Source: Hydrolagus affinis | Taxonomy: Eukaryota | Direction of reading: 5' to 3' | DNA length: 64,000 bases | Assembly (NCBI GenBank): GCA_012026655.1 | Contig: JAAILG010000265.1 | Span: 1-64,000, forward strand | Shown here: one piece after another, positions 25,901-37,670 of the stretch | Numbering within the stretch: position 1 is the first letter of the stretch | Layout of the letters: each line of letters starts with the position of its first letter | Translations under genes and position numbers: made by a program | The notes under the pieces: generated by a model | What the model was told of the DNA's origin: nothing | The model's input: the letters and a program-made list of their open reading frames with translations, nothing else | Databases searched by the model: none

Positions 25901-26751
25901 ATGTCAGAACAATGAACAGTGAAATCATATTCTTCACAGTTGAAGTGAAATTTGGTAACTGTTCTGAACTGAACTAGTTAAAGATACAAAACCATTTAGC
26001 AAAATGCCGCAACAGAACCTTTAAATATCTCTCTTCTAACCTCACTCCTGCTATAACCGTTTTCGCTATCTTCAATTCTGAGATCAAGACTGAGATTTGT
26101 AGTCTTCCTAGAGTTTAACCATTTATCTTTCGTTAGATGTGAAGAATTCTTGGCAGGCCTCAAATGATGCATCAGGGTACCTAGTGGCCATCTGGACTTC
26201 CTTTGGGGTGATGTTCTATGATTTCCCCTTACAGACATTTTTAAGCTTAGATGTTGAAACTTTCCATGACAGATGCTTTAAGCCTGCCATTATCATTAAG
26301 CTTCAGTCAACCACTGTGGTGGGTTTCCCTCACATGAGAACTATGCTAAGTGATATTTTGGGCATCATAACAGTGTATGAAAATGTAAGGAGAAGCATGT
26401 GCAAGAAACATTCGCTAAAATCCTTGTGGGTATTTATTATGCATTCGTCTTACTTTTCAAAGTTGCTATGAGTGTACATTATATTCATTACACAAAATCT
26501 AATGTGATTTTATTTTAAAATGGTTAGTTTTAAATCACTTGTAAACAATGTTTGTTTAAAAAAATAGGAAATAGCCTTTCCCATTTACATTGTCATTCAG
26601 AAAAGAAAGGATTTGAAAGCATAAATCCCAGCATTTACTGTTGCTCGACTAAACTACGTGCAAAGAGTAATACACTGCTTTGTTGATGAAGTTTTGTCAA
26701 CTGCACATATAGCCCTTTCCCCTCCTCCTTCTCTCTTGCTTGTCGTCCAAC

Positions 26752-27122
26752 TAGGGTTCGTCGATATCGAAATTTTCCGATATCGATATATCGGTTTGCC
26801 CATATCGACATACACCGATATATCGATATCGCAGGTTTTTTTGTCCTGCGCATGCGCGCGCATTAGGAGGTGCACGCGCATTCAGAGGTGCACGTGCATT
26901 CAGACGTGCGCATTTTTCGGGGATGCGCAAGTTGAAAAAGTCCGCATCATACCGATATATACCGATGTATCGCTGGACACGATATACCGATATTTGCGAT
27001 ATATCGATTTTTTTTCATATCAAATTTTTCGATATATCGATATATTTTAAATTCCGATATCGGCATATCGATATGAAAATTATATCGATATAACCGATAT
27101 ATTGATATATCGCCAAACCCTT
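26752..27122. mobile_element. Non-autonomous hAT-type DNA transposon (MITE), 371 bp
   Basis: Imperfect TIRs TAGGGTTCGTCGATAT / ATATCGCCAAACCCTT (13/16 match); 8-bp TSD cgtccaac (26744-26751) / catccaac (27123-27130), one CpG-type mismatch; dense subterminal CGATA repeats. Confidence 0.88.
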
Positions 27123-27130
27123 CATCCAAC

Positions 27131-27201
27131 CCTGCTACATACAGAGCTCTGAGATGCCATCAGGCATGACAGATCCTATATAAATGCAAGCTGTTGTTGT
27201 T
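27131..27201 (+). mobile_element. L2 3' tail, probably continuing left of the MITE (~26690-26751)
   Basis: agagctctgagatgccatcaggcatgacagatcctatataaatgcaagctgttgttgtt; pyrimidine-rich L2-3'UTR-like sequence on the other side of the MITE. Confidence 0.6.
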
Positions 27202-27959
27202 TTCTTTCCAATTTGAGAAAAGTCTTATCTCACACAAATATATTATTACCTGTTGTTGTTGTTGGTTCAACACAGGATTTTATTTAAGCTTTGAAGCTTA
27301 TGCCCCACATGCCTCAATTTTTAAGGTCAGTAGAGTTCTAAAAGGAACAAAAGCACATAGGCAATATTAAACTTACACGTCTCACCAAAAATCCTTTGCC
27401 CCTTAATGCATTCATATATCTTTCATTTTCTATCCATCGAATGCACAATAATGCACTGTTAAGGAAGTGAACGAAGTGCAAGGAGTTTAGCTTCAAACAT
27501 TCTTTTTGCGCTTATTCATTTTATTGTGATGATACAAATTATACAATTAATATTTCATGAATTATGTCTCAGTCATAAAGATTGCCTGAAAACAGAAAGC
27601 TAAAGCCAGTAGTTGGCAGGTAGCCATGACTGCTGTGTTTCAAAAGGAACTGGAGTGTCAAGAAATTGGATGCATCAGCATTAACTGGGGAACATAGCTT
27701 AGGAAGGCGTCTCTTGGTTGAAGTGAAAGATTCAGCTGTGTTTCAGGTCATCAATGGGAAGGGCTGTCTTCAGCTGGCAAAAATTCATGATGTGGAGTTA
27801 GCGTTTTTATGTGCATAAAATAAAAATATGAATTCACTAAAAAATATAGTTTCAATTGAAAACAAACAGGTCATTAACATGCTACATTTACAGAAGAAAT
27901 AGTGGGAAACATTCAAAACTAATACTAATTTAATTAATTCAACATTTTGGGGAGGACAA

Positions 27960-28088
27960 GTTTGCAGGGCAATAGGGAGAGAGTGAGGGAATGGGATTGA
28001 TTTGGATAGCTTTTATAAAAGAGCTGGTCCCTATCTCTATGAGCCAAATGGCCTCTTTCTGTGCTGTATAATTCTATGATATGATTCT
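27960..28088 (+). mobile_element. CR1/HER1-type LINE 3' end
   Basis: gggagagagtgagggaatgggattgatttggatagc...gagccaaatggcctctttctgtgctgtataattctatgatatgattc; CR1-type ATTCTRTG terminus. Confidence 0.75.
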
Positions 28089-28110
28089 TCATTTTATCAT
28101 CCAATTTTTT

Positions 28111-28154
28111 ACATAGGAACAGGAGTAGGCCATTCAGTACCTTGAGCCTGTTCC
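28111..28154 (-). mobile_element. CR1-type LINE 3' end (second family)
   Basis: acataggaacaggagtaggccattcagtaccttgagcctgttcc, reverse complement of a typical chondrichthyan CR1 terminus. Confidence 0.65.
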
Positions 28155-29169
28155 AAAAATCTATTTTTGGTAATTTACAGTTAAGCAAACTCTGAAGAGA
28201 CAACAGAGAGGCAGACCACTCAGCCCAACTACATATAGTTGTAGGAGTTAAAAGTTTAGTTTTCCATCATCCTGCAATGCAAAAAAAATACAGTTGATTC
28301 TTGTTAAAACAGCTGTAATCCTTTTGCGATATTCACCTTGTCAGTTTCATGAATGTGGAATGGGACAACCAAATAAAATTAGTGTGATTGTATGGACTTA
28401 TGAAGTAGGAGTATTAATTTAAATTTATTATTGTTGCTTTCGAAAGTAAAAAATGCAGATTAAGTATTACAGAATTTCAAACATGCTACTGCGCCTTCAC
28501 TTTAATGGAAAACAGAAGGGTGGTTAGGCAAAGGATGGATGGGAGAAGAGAACTCGTTGTCCTCACATGGAAAGAAGTCAATTTGGCCTCCGCCTTTGGA
28601 AGAACAACCTCAAACTGATTATCAATCTAACTGGACATTTTGATTACAGTCTTTTGAATAGACTCAAACTTTAAATGCCCTGTCTGTACAGACAATTTAC
28701 TGATCACGGTCATTCTGCTGTCCACAAGATTAGAAGAGAAATGCAAAGTTTTACAATGAATTTCTAAACTTGTCCGAGTTTCAATAGTGAAAGTCTGTAA
28801 GCTCTATGATTGCCTAACGCACAAAGTCTCTTCCACTCCACTGTACTCCAGCAATAGGTGCTCCGTGGCATTCAAGGTAATGGTAGCTATCCATCTCTCC
28901 AGTGTTTTGCCAGGCTATTTGTGGTCTTTTTGGCTAAGACTAGTGAATCCTTCCCCGCACATTCGCAGTGTTATATACATAAATCTTATTTGGATTCTGC
29001 TGAAAAGAAGGGTGAAACATGGCTGCAATTGCCAGGTTTCAATTTAATGAAAGTTGCTAAGTATACTGTAATAAGCACTTACCTCATTTTCATTTCTGGA
29101 CAAATGGACAAATTAAGCTACTATAATTGAGAAGGGGTTGGGGGAAGTAGGTTGGGGCTTGGTGAAAAG

Positions 29170-29290
29170 AGAAACTTTCATTACTGACAGGAGAACAGCT
29201 GCTCCTTCTTCTAAAGAGAAGACTTAAAAAGTGACATGTTTCAACAGCAAATAATATATAATTGAAACTTTAGTGGTTTGTACTGTAACT
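29170..29290 (+). mobile_element. Possible decayed CR1 ORF2 C-terminal fragment
   Basis: ctccttcttctaaagagaagacttaaaaagtgacatg resembles LFSLEKRRLRGDM with indels. Confidence 0.25.
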
Positions 29291-29455
29291 CATGTCAAAG
29301 GTAAGGAAAAACTAGGAAAATGTTGGAGATTATTGCTGTTTTATCATAACACTAGTGCGGATCACATTATTTTGGTAATGATCCTTCTCACAAAGTAACA
29401 TTTTCTCAATTAAACTATTATTGTAGTCAAAGCACAGAAACCTTTATACTGTGGT

Positions 29456-29769
29456 AATAATCCTTACATTTGATACATTGCTTTTCACATCCTCTAGACA
29501 TCTCAAAGCGCTTCTCAGAATATACTTTAAAGTGATTTGACTGCACATTTGTGGGTGAAACACAGCAGCCAACTGCACAAAGCAGTGTCCCACGAACAGT
29601 CATGGATTGAAATGACCAATTTATTATTGTTTTTTTCCTTAAAGGATTATTATCAGGCGTGTGGAGTAAGGAAACTTGACCAAAGTTTCGCCATGCCTGG
29701 AAACTAACCCAGGTTACAAGAGAGACTCTTGTAAGGTGAGTGCTCTAACTACAGAGCTACAGGAACTCC
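29456..29769 (-). mobile_element. Full-length (~315 bp) tRNA-derived SINE with short Deu remnant and L2-type tail
   Basis: Minus-strand head ggagttcctgtagctctgtagttagagcactcacc...ctgggttagtttccagg; same architecture as 45741-46036. Confidence 0.88.
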
Positions 29770-30379
29770 ACAATCATTGAAATGAAGGAGTCCTTATTGC
29801 AGAAACATTTGATCTGAACAACATTAATGCATTTTGAAGTGATATTATTTATCCTATCTTTTGCATCAGGGACGTTATGTTCAAATTAAATAGGTGCTCA
29901 GAAAATGTATATATAGAGGATGTGGAACCATTATCAGTTTTTAAAGTGAATCAAAGCTATTCAATGAGCACAATTCTGCAGCTGCCTAAATTCACAACAT
30001 CTGAAAGTGGAAGTGTTCCTCTGGTATATCTAAATCGATGCGGAACATAACAAAGTCCATTCAATTTATATGTTAGTCCTGCTTATTGATTTGTTGCTTT
30101 AAATTAATCCTAAAGTACAGCCAATTTGTAGTTTCTGCGACACAAAAATGCCTTACGCAGTGATAAGCCCACGAGTGGGAAAACATAGACAGTTGGAAAA
30201 GTACTGCTACTTGCCAGCAACGCAGTAAAGTTTGCTGTTTGCATAAGATTCTGCAAAAGTACTGAAGCAAAACATGCAACAATTGACTGCTGTAGAATCA
30301 GGAATGACTTTGGTTGAAGATGGCAGGAAATGTTCACAAAAAACAATTCAAGCACCGAGCAATTATCTCGGCACCACGC

Positions 30380-30406
30380 GTGTGCGTGTGTGTTTGTGTG
30401 TGTGTG
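30380..30406. repeat. Imperfect (TG)n microsatellite
   Basis: gtgtgcgtgtgtgtttgtgtgtgtgtg. Confidence 0.85.
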
Positions 30407-30548
30407 CGGAACACATCCAATAAACCCACACTCAGCAACTATTTGAAAGTAATAGCTGCAACAAAAAGTGGTCCAAGAGGTATCTGTGAACCAAGCACCT
30501 GTAGCGTGTAGCTGTAACCGCATCACATGGTTGCCCCCAAATCGTTCA

Positions 30549-30594
30549 AACAACAACTTGAATTTATATAGCGCCCTTCACGCAGGGTAGCATC
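30549..30594 (-). mobile_element. L2 3' tail only
   Basis: aacaacaacttgaatttatatagcgcccttcacgcagggtagcatc. Confidence 0.7.
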
Positions 30595-30821
30595 TATGCA
30601 CCATGTCTGATGCATAGCATGCTGAGCAGACAAGTAGAGTGGGCACATTTGTAGACTTTACATCTAGTACATAACTACCCGTAGATTACAAAACATGTTT
30701 TGAGACAATTGTATGTAATTTCCACTTTTTTGTTGATCTGTCCAATTAGTTTCATTGCATTTCAGTTCCATTTGCACTGAATGGTATTTAGTAAAGTATA
30801 AATTATTGTGAAAGATAAACT

Positions 30822-31018
30822 ATTATCTTCCAAGAAAACAATAATAAATTGCTCACTTCAATCCACAACTATTTGTGGGACACAATGCTGGGTGCAATTG
30901 GTTGCTGTGTTTTGCGTTTTGTCGATTCATTTTGCAATATATTCTGTAAAGCGCTTTGAGACATCTAGAAGATGTGAAAAGCGCTATATCAAATGCAAGG
31001 ATGATGATTATTATTATT
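30822..31018 (+). mobile_element. SINE 3' two-thirds
   Basis: aataataaattgctcacttcaatccacaactatttgtgggacac...ctgtaaagcgctttgagacatctagaagatgtgaaaagcgctatatcaaatgcaagga-(TTA)n. Confidence 0.88.
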
Positions 31019-32019
31019 TTGAGATTTAAAAGCAGCCTTGGTTCCATCATATCATGTTTCATGACTAAATCTGAAAATATATTCAGAATCAAGCACTTCC
31101 GCATGACATTTTCATGATAAATTTGTAAACCAATTAGCATTTCGTATTGTTTAGAAGTGTATGAACTTCACAGTATGATATTGAACTTTCTAAATTGTAA
31201 GGTTTTGTTTTTGGTCAGCCTGGTATCAGACAAATGCCAAAATCTACCACAATGCATAGGAGTCTTCAAACCAAACTAATGAGTATATCACTTCCATTTA
31301 TCTGCTATGACAAGCACACTTTATATCCAGAGGATCTTACTCTGTTTGCATAATCCCAGAGAAATTAGGTACTGTTTAACTCTGCACAAATAAGGCACCC
31401 ACCTAATATATCTGCAAGTGTTCACAAATCCCTGAACATTTTCACAATTTTTTCATGCATTTCTCCACCTAAGCACATTAGACCTTTCAGTTATTTTATC
31501 TTTTACCACTGCGTTCCATTTATTCTGCGGTTTTCTGATTTTTATTTACTTTTGAGGGCATCTATCAGTATCAAATTTGGCCATGCGCAACCATATCTCA
31601 GCTATCAAAAACCTTTCCAAAAATCTAGGATGGTAATCTGTGTTTGGTGCTTTCACTATGATATTGGGAGGTACATGCAATCCTCTGTATTTCAAGACCC
31701 CAGCCTATTCTTACTAATCCTATTCAACAGCATGATGCTAAATCATCTTCAGTTCCTAGAAAGGTATTTAACGTCATGCTGTCGAATTGGATTGGTAAAG
31801 CTACAGACACAAAAACGAGTGAAGAATAAGTGTATTTAGAAATCACAATCATATGCAATGATTGAACCTTTGTGCTCTGCCACATCATAGAGATAACTGA
31901 GGTCAAACAAAAGAAGGCTTCACAGTTAACTTTAAAAATACACTGACCAAAAAAAATCATTGTGCATTTCCATTGCAAACAAACCATTTGGCCAACACAT
32001 CCTTATGTGTCATGATTCG

Positions 32020-32222
32020 TCTACAAGTATATTGTCAATTCACATTACAATATATTCTCTGAAGCGCTTTGAGATATCTCGAAAACATGATAGGTACTAC
32101 AGTATATCAAATGCAAGGATTATTATTATTCAATAACCAATGGAGAAAGTTTCTCCCGGTGTCCTGACCAGCAAACCTCCAGGTTAAATTGTTTGTTCAC
32201 TTCATTCCTGGTTTGGGGATAT
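32020..32222 (+). mobile_element. SINE tail (32020-32130) followed by Deu-domain fragment (32141-32222)
   Basis: tgaagcgctttgagatatctcg...tatatcaaatgcaaggattattattatt, then gtttctcccggtgtcctgaccagcaaacctcc. Confidence 0.7.
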
Positions 32223-32570
32223 GTTTGAGTGAAGCGAAAATATAACTGGAATCTAAATGTACTGAACACCATAGTAAGTTGTGCAGATAAGTTATTGTAC
32301 AAAGGATCCTAAAGTGTCTCAAAGAATCATGATTATAGTGACTTTGAGAGTAATTTTCCGGCTGGCAGTCAATGCTTAAAGAGGCAGAGATGTTGTCAAA
32401 GAATTATCCATAATCCTTTTCATTGGTTAATTACATAATTAACGACTGAAAATCCCTCTGCATACACATGGTTAACACAACCCGCATATTAGACCCCAAT
32501 TAAGGATATTAGTAATCAGCTCTCCAGATGCCTTCTGGTTAAAGGCCATTTCGTATTACTTATTACTTAC

Positions 32571-32897
32571 CACTAAGCTATGTTACTAGAAGATTGCAGG
32601 TTCAAATACTGTACTGAGTAAACTGATCACAGCCAGGGCACAAATTAGGGCACTGAGCCATGACCTCCAAGGAGGAGGGTGGGGGCGGTGGGGGGGGGAA
32701 CGAACAGTCTGCTTCTGATAACTAGCCAGTGACCACTGCTGGAACTCTGCAGAATTGTGCAATGCTCCTCAAGATAGAATAGCTTGTTCCCATTTAGAAT
32801 TATTCAGGTTTCACAGATGACTTTGGTCAGGGTATTGTATATATCGGGAGATTTTAAGCACCACAAAAGCATCTTCAGTTGGGGCAGGAGGGAAATT
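32571..32897 (+). mobile_element. AmnSINE2-like ancient SINE
   Basis: caggttcaaatactgtactgagtaaactgatcacagccagggca (B-box plus body), cttctgataactagccagtgaccactgctggaa, gatagaatagcttg; collinear with 60105-60418. Confidence 0.55.
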
Positions 32898-33032
32898 AAC
32901 TTGAAAGAGAATAGTCGATGAAACAGATGTCATTTTTTTGTCTTTTTTTAAGAGCCTGCATAATTAATTGAAACACCCGCTTCAATAGAAATTCAACATT
33001 TCTAGTGAAATCTTCCCATCACTGAACAAGTG

Positions 33033-33143
33033 ATAATTATCTATACATTTGATACAATGTCTTTCACATTGGGAGGATCCAATCTCAAAGTGCTTCACAG
33101 GATTTAATGTAAAGTGTAGTGACTCATATTTTGTATGTGAACG
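33033..33143 (-). mobile_element. SINE 3' tail
   Basis: catttgatacaatgtctttcacattgggagga...tctcaaagtgcttcacaggattt. Confidence 0.75.
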
Positions 33144-34519
33144 TCTCTCCCAAGATTGTTACCTTCAATGCAGTTAAGTACTGTATTTCTTTTCACAAAG
33201 CATATCTAGTGCCTAGCATCATTTGAGGAAGATGTAATTGTGCCTCTTTTATTTGTAACTTTTCAGTTTGAACATAACCCACATTACTCCAGTATTCTTA
33301 GAGGGACACAGAGAAATCAGACATAAAACTCAGCATGAGTTCTGACAGTCCGTTTAAAACTCCCTTGGATTCCTGAAAACCCAAAAGATACAGCATGAAT
33401 TTGTCAGCTAGAATATTGTCAATTTGTTCCCTCAGTATGCAACTTCTGGACGGTAATTCTAAATGGCACTTGATTGAAAGCATTTGCGGTAATTTCCCTC
33501 ATGCTTGTCTACTAAATCCAAAGGAATGAACAAAGGCTGATATGTGGCTGTTAACCCATTGCAGTCAGTGGTTGAGAGCTTTCAAAATGTTTGTACCTGA
33601 TTCAGGGAGTGTGAACAATTTTAGGGATTTGGAATCAGCATGTGGTTGTATATATCACTTTGCAATCATAACTGTTTTCTTTGGCATTGCAAAGTAAATC
33701 TAACCCAGAGAGGCAGTTACAGTAGGAAACCCTGACCACGAACCACCACTCCCCATTCCCTAGAGATGTCCTTATACCATATGGTATGCATTTAATGTGT
33801 GAATTAGGCCTACACACCAATTATCATATTATATAAACACAGGTGAGATAGATTTTTGCTCAAGATCAGTGGGTTTTCTAAGAAAAAAAACCTTCCTAAT
33901 GCTTTATTGCACATAAAATGTCACATTTGTTGCATTTTCAGGGCATCTTGGCCTTCACTTTCAGGCAATTTATGGTAAAAAAAAAAGGCACATCTGGTCT
34001 TAAAACCTATCATCTTGGGCTTGCTGTGCTAATATCAGACAGGAAATAGCAATCTAAAGGCTGAGGGGGTAAATGGCTGCCTCTGTGGTCTGTAATTGGT
34101 CCTTTCTGGCTTGTGAAGAATGGCAAAAGGGGCAAAAGGTGGGAGGCAGTTTAATAAAAAACACATGGCCATCAGCAAGCTTGTGACAGGCTATAAATGT
34201 GCTCCACTTACCATTCAGCAAATACGCATCTTAAGTTTTAATAGACTGTACAAAGGAAATTCTTCATTTAAGAGGCTGTATTAATTTTGAATGCTATTCT
34301 GCATTGTGGCACTATTATGGGAAAGAAACAATTCACTGTTCTGGTAATTTGAATGTTAATGAAAAAAATAACAAACTTAATTTCTGTCATTTAAACACAA
34401 TCCTTTAGAATAATGTGATATTTACATTTTGTAAAGCACAGATGCTTTGTGGTACATATATACTGTAAATATCCCTGCATTGGAAATTTGTACTCATTGT
34501 TTATGCTGACACTTAGTGT

Positions 34520-34800
34520 ACATTCGGAAGACATCCTGTCTGCCTGCTCAGATGAACGTTTAACAACCTGCGCCACTATTCAAAAAGATAAGGAAGTTTC
34601 TCCTAAACTTCTAACCAACGATCCCCCAAATAAAATTGATTGTTCACTTCATGGCTGTTTGTAAGATGTTGCTGTGCACAAATCGACTGCCGCATTTGCA
34701 TACAAATACTGTGTCGCCACACTTCATAGTAAAAAAAAGTGAGTCACTTTGAGTTGCTCGAAGAGAAATTGGTTGGAACAAAACGGTTGTATATATATAA
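34520..34800 (+). mobile_element. DeuSINE, Deu domain to decayed tail
   Basis: tgtctgcctgctcagatgaacgttt...ccactattcaaaaag...ggctgtttgtaagatgttgctgtgcacaaatcgactgccgcatttgc. Confidence 0.7.
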
Positions 34801-35413
34801 ACCTAAGCCCTCCATTTGGAGGAAGCTTTTATTCTTTCACATTTTGCAAGACAGTGGTCAATATTATGGATTAAACACTTCTGTCAGTGCGCTATTGAAA
34901 ATCTCAAACAAAGGTGATTATATTTATTTTATACCCATGCAGCATATTTATTGCAAATAACTCTTATTATCATGGAGCGCTGTTCATATCCTTCAAGGGT
35001 CAAAACTTAAGACACATAATTATTTAGCTGTACATAGCTTGTGTTCAATATCTTAGCAAGACATTGACCCATCGTGTTGACAGCACTGAACCATCCTAGC
35101 TGAATCAATATTGAAGTGTTAAAAGATAATGAGTAATGACTGTTTTCAATGAGAAATAGAGTAATTATGTTATAGGTTGTTTTTCTCCCTCCCTTTCTAA
35201 TATTGGTGAAACTGGATTAACATAAGCACATTCTGCCCTTAGCATTACAAAACAGATATTGATTTAAAGGCCGTCTGTATAATATTCAAATTCTTAACAA
35301 ACACAAAGCTATTTTAACAACAGAAATCACGCAAAATCAAATTATTGATTGCATAGATGTGCAGTGTACAGCCACACCAATGGGACGATATCCTGGTATG
35401 CTATCCAAATGTG

Positions 35414-35470
35414 ACAAAATTTCATTTGGATAGTGCCTTTCACATTGGGAGAACGAACAAAGGCGCTGGG
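35414..35470 (-). mobile_element. L2 3' tail only
   Basis: acaaaatttcatttggatagtgcctttcacattgggagaacgaacaaaggcgctgg. Confidence 0.7.
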
Positions 35471-36204
35471 AACCCGAGACATGGATTCAACTCCCATGGC
35501 ATTAAGTCCCTGATCTCAGTTATGTTCATACGCTGAGCAGAAGCTAACTGATATTTCTTCACATTGAGGAATATAGAGGAAGGAGAGGAGGATGGGGAAA
35601 GATTGAATCGTCCCAAGGTCATTCTCATGTTCCTCTTACAATTTGCTTCAGGACTCGATTGATGCTCCTTTTGTATCTTCTTTGCTATCTATCCAGTCAA
35701 CCATTTTTGTCCTTTGACTTTCATCTTCTACTGCTGTCACCATGATTTATCATTTGAGTAGTGTTGAAAGTTTTCTTCTCTTTCAGAGTCACATGATCAC
35801 AAGACCTAGCCAATTTTGCTGAACCTCTGCCCTTTTCATCCTGTGATTATAGTACAAGGGAGTTGTTTTTTTTGCATCACTGAAGCTATTTATGTCAAGC
35901 CTGTTGTACAGTAATCTGCGTTTCGTAAGTTATTGATACCTTTGCAAACAGAAGCACCACTTTTGGTGACACTTCTTGTCCACTGGTTTATTTATTGACT
36001 TTCATAAATAAATAGTTAATTTATCCAGATTTTCAGACCGCGTTGAATTAATATTTAGTGAATGACCAGCCTATGTCCTCAAATCATTTTGTTTTGCAAA
36101 GATTCATTCATTAGAAGTCAAGAATCTAGCCAATGTTAAATTGGTTCCTTTACAGCAAGTCTAGTTAAACTTACATCAGGTATAATACATTACTGATGGT
36201 ACAA

Positions 36205-36252
36205 TCCTCCTGACATGAAAGGCGCTCTGGAAATGTAATTTTGTTGCTGTTG
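36205..36252 (+). mobile_element. L2 3' tail only
   Basis: tcctcctgacatgaaaggcgctctggaaatgtaattttgttgctgttg. Confidence 0.75.
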
Positions 36253-37199
36253 TGCAATACTGTATTGAAAAATGTATCAATGGCAAGTAATACCCTGGTC
36301 AACATTATTTCCTAGAAATTAATAAATTTTACTTTAATTCCCACAGATAAATCTTGTTCTTTTCACACTTAACTAATATACTTCTTTATGCTGTCCACGG
36401 CACAAAAAATACTGTTTCATTCTGAAAGAACATTTAGCTAATATAATTTATAACACATTCTATCTAACAAACATACAAACAGGTTTGAGCTCTGGGGTGA
36501 GATTATATTTGACATCTTTAAAGGTAATTTTGGTCATAATTCTCCCTCTCTTTTGGGTTCTTTTGGGCAATAGTACACCATTGTATGATAAAGAAACTGG
36601 GCATGTAGAGTAACTCCTTAAACTAGATTGAGCTGATCAAATACTCCATGGGATAAAATGGATTAGGTGGTCCTGATACCAGGGTAAAGTTATCCATGCA
36701 ACACAGCTCAGGTTTGAATAACAGCAAAATGAAGGCATGTTGTATGCAACTCAGGTATGTACATAACAAGTTGTTGCAAAGACTTTAGTATCATTGTTTT
36801 GTGTTTCTAGGTCATTGCTTTCATTTGTGCATCTCTCATCCCTTACTTGTGTCTGTCCCTCTCACCTGACCTCCTACTAGTGATGTATTTGTATATTACA
36901 CAAATACAAAAAGACACTAGTATTCACTCATGCTCCTAAACACCGTTACAAGGAATCACTAGAATCTAGGAAAGTGACACTTAACCAGGAAACCAGTGAC
37001 ATGGGATATGGACATAAATGTACATTATCTTTGTACAAGTTTTTTTTTGAAAAGTCAATGATTGAACATGTGTGCTGTGTTTTTTTTGGGGGAGGAGCAA
37101 GACAAAATGTACATACACTATGCAGAATAAAGGGTAGTAGTTACATGCAAGTTGTGGTTGTATATCCATCAAGTCTGCAGAATATAAAATCGATAGATA

Positions 37200-37494
37200 T
37201 GACACTTCACTGTGGAGTTGGAGGAGCACTGCTTTGTCAGAGACATTAAATCAAGGTCCCACCTGTATATTCAAGTTAAATGTGAAAGATGTAATGAAAC
37301 GTGTCAAAAAAGAGAAGCAAATTTCTCCTGGTGTCATGGCCAACAAACCTCTGGGTAAAAATAATTGTTAATTCAGTGTAGGACATTGGTGTGTACAAAA
37401 TGGCTGCCAAACCTGCCTGCAAATAAAGTTACTGCAGCAAATCTCTCTCAGAAATCATTTCAACATTATAGGTACTAAACCAAATGTAAGGATA
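37200..37494 (+). mobile_element. DeuSINE, decayed
   Basis: gagacattaaatcaaggtcccacctg...tttctcctggtgtcatggccaacaaacctc...gtgtacaaaatggctgcc...caaatgtaaggat. Confidence 0.7.
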
Positions 37495-37610
37495 TAAAAA
37501 TGTGAGGTTTATCAAGTGCTTAACTGTGAGTTTCACAAGAATCAGATATGGTATTTTTTTCAAGGACTGGGGTCTTGAAAAAAACCAATAATAAAATTAC
37601 AAGAAAAAGC

Positions 37611-37670
37611 ACAACTTGCATTTATATGGTGCCCTTCACAGCAGATAATGTCACTGTGCACTTCACAAAG
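37611..37670 (-). mobile_element. L2 3' tail
   Basis: acaacttgcatttatatggtgcccttcac...gcacttcacaaagg. Confidence 0.6.

Noticed and set aside
26658-27050. 130-aa ORF rich in I/D/R/Y, plus overlapping minus-strand ORFs
   Set aside because: A by-product of the CGATAT repeats of the MITE; no transposase motifs
26752-27122. CRISPR-like appearance of repeated ATATCG units
   Set aside because: No constant 23-47 bp repeat with unique spacers, no cas genes, eukaryotic context; explained as hAT subterminal repeats
29083-29095. 13-nt minus-strand exon candidate (cag|AAATGAAAATGAG|gtaagt)
   Set aside because: Not frame-preserving and has no other support
30808-31029. ORFs ending in similar peptides (FETSRRCEKRYIKCKD), also at 43252, 45669 and 52333
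   Set aside because: Not a protein family; these are translations of the shared SINE tail
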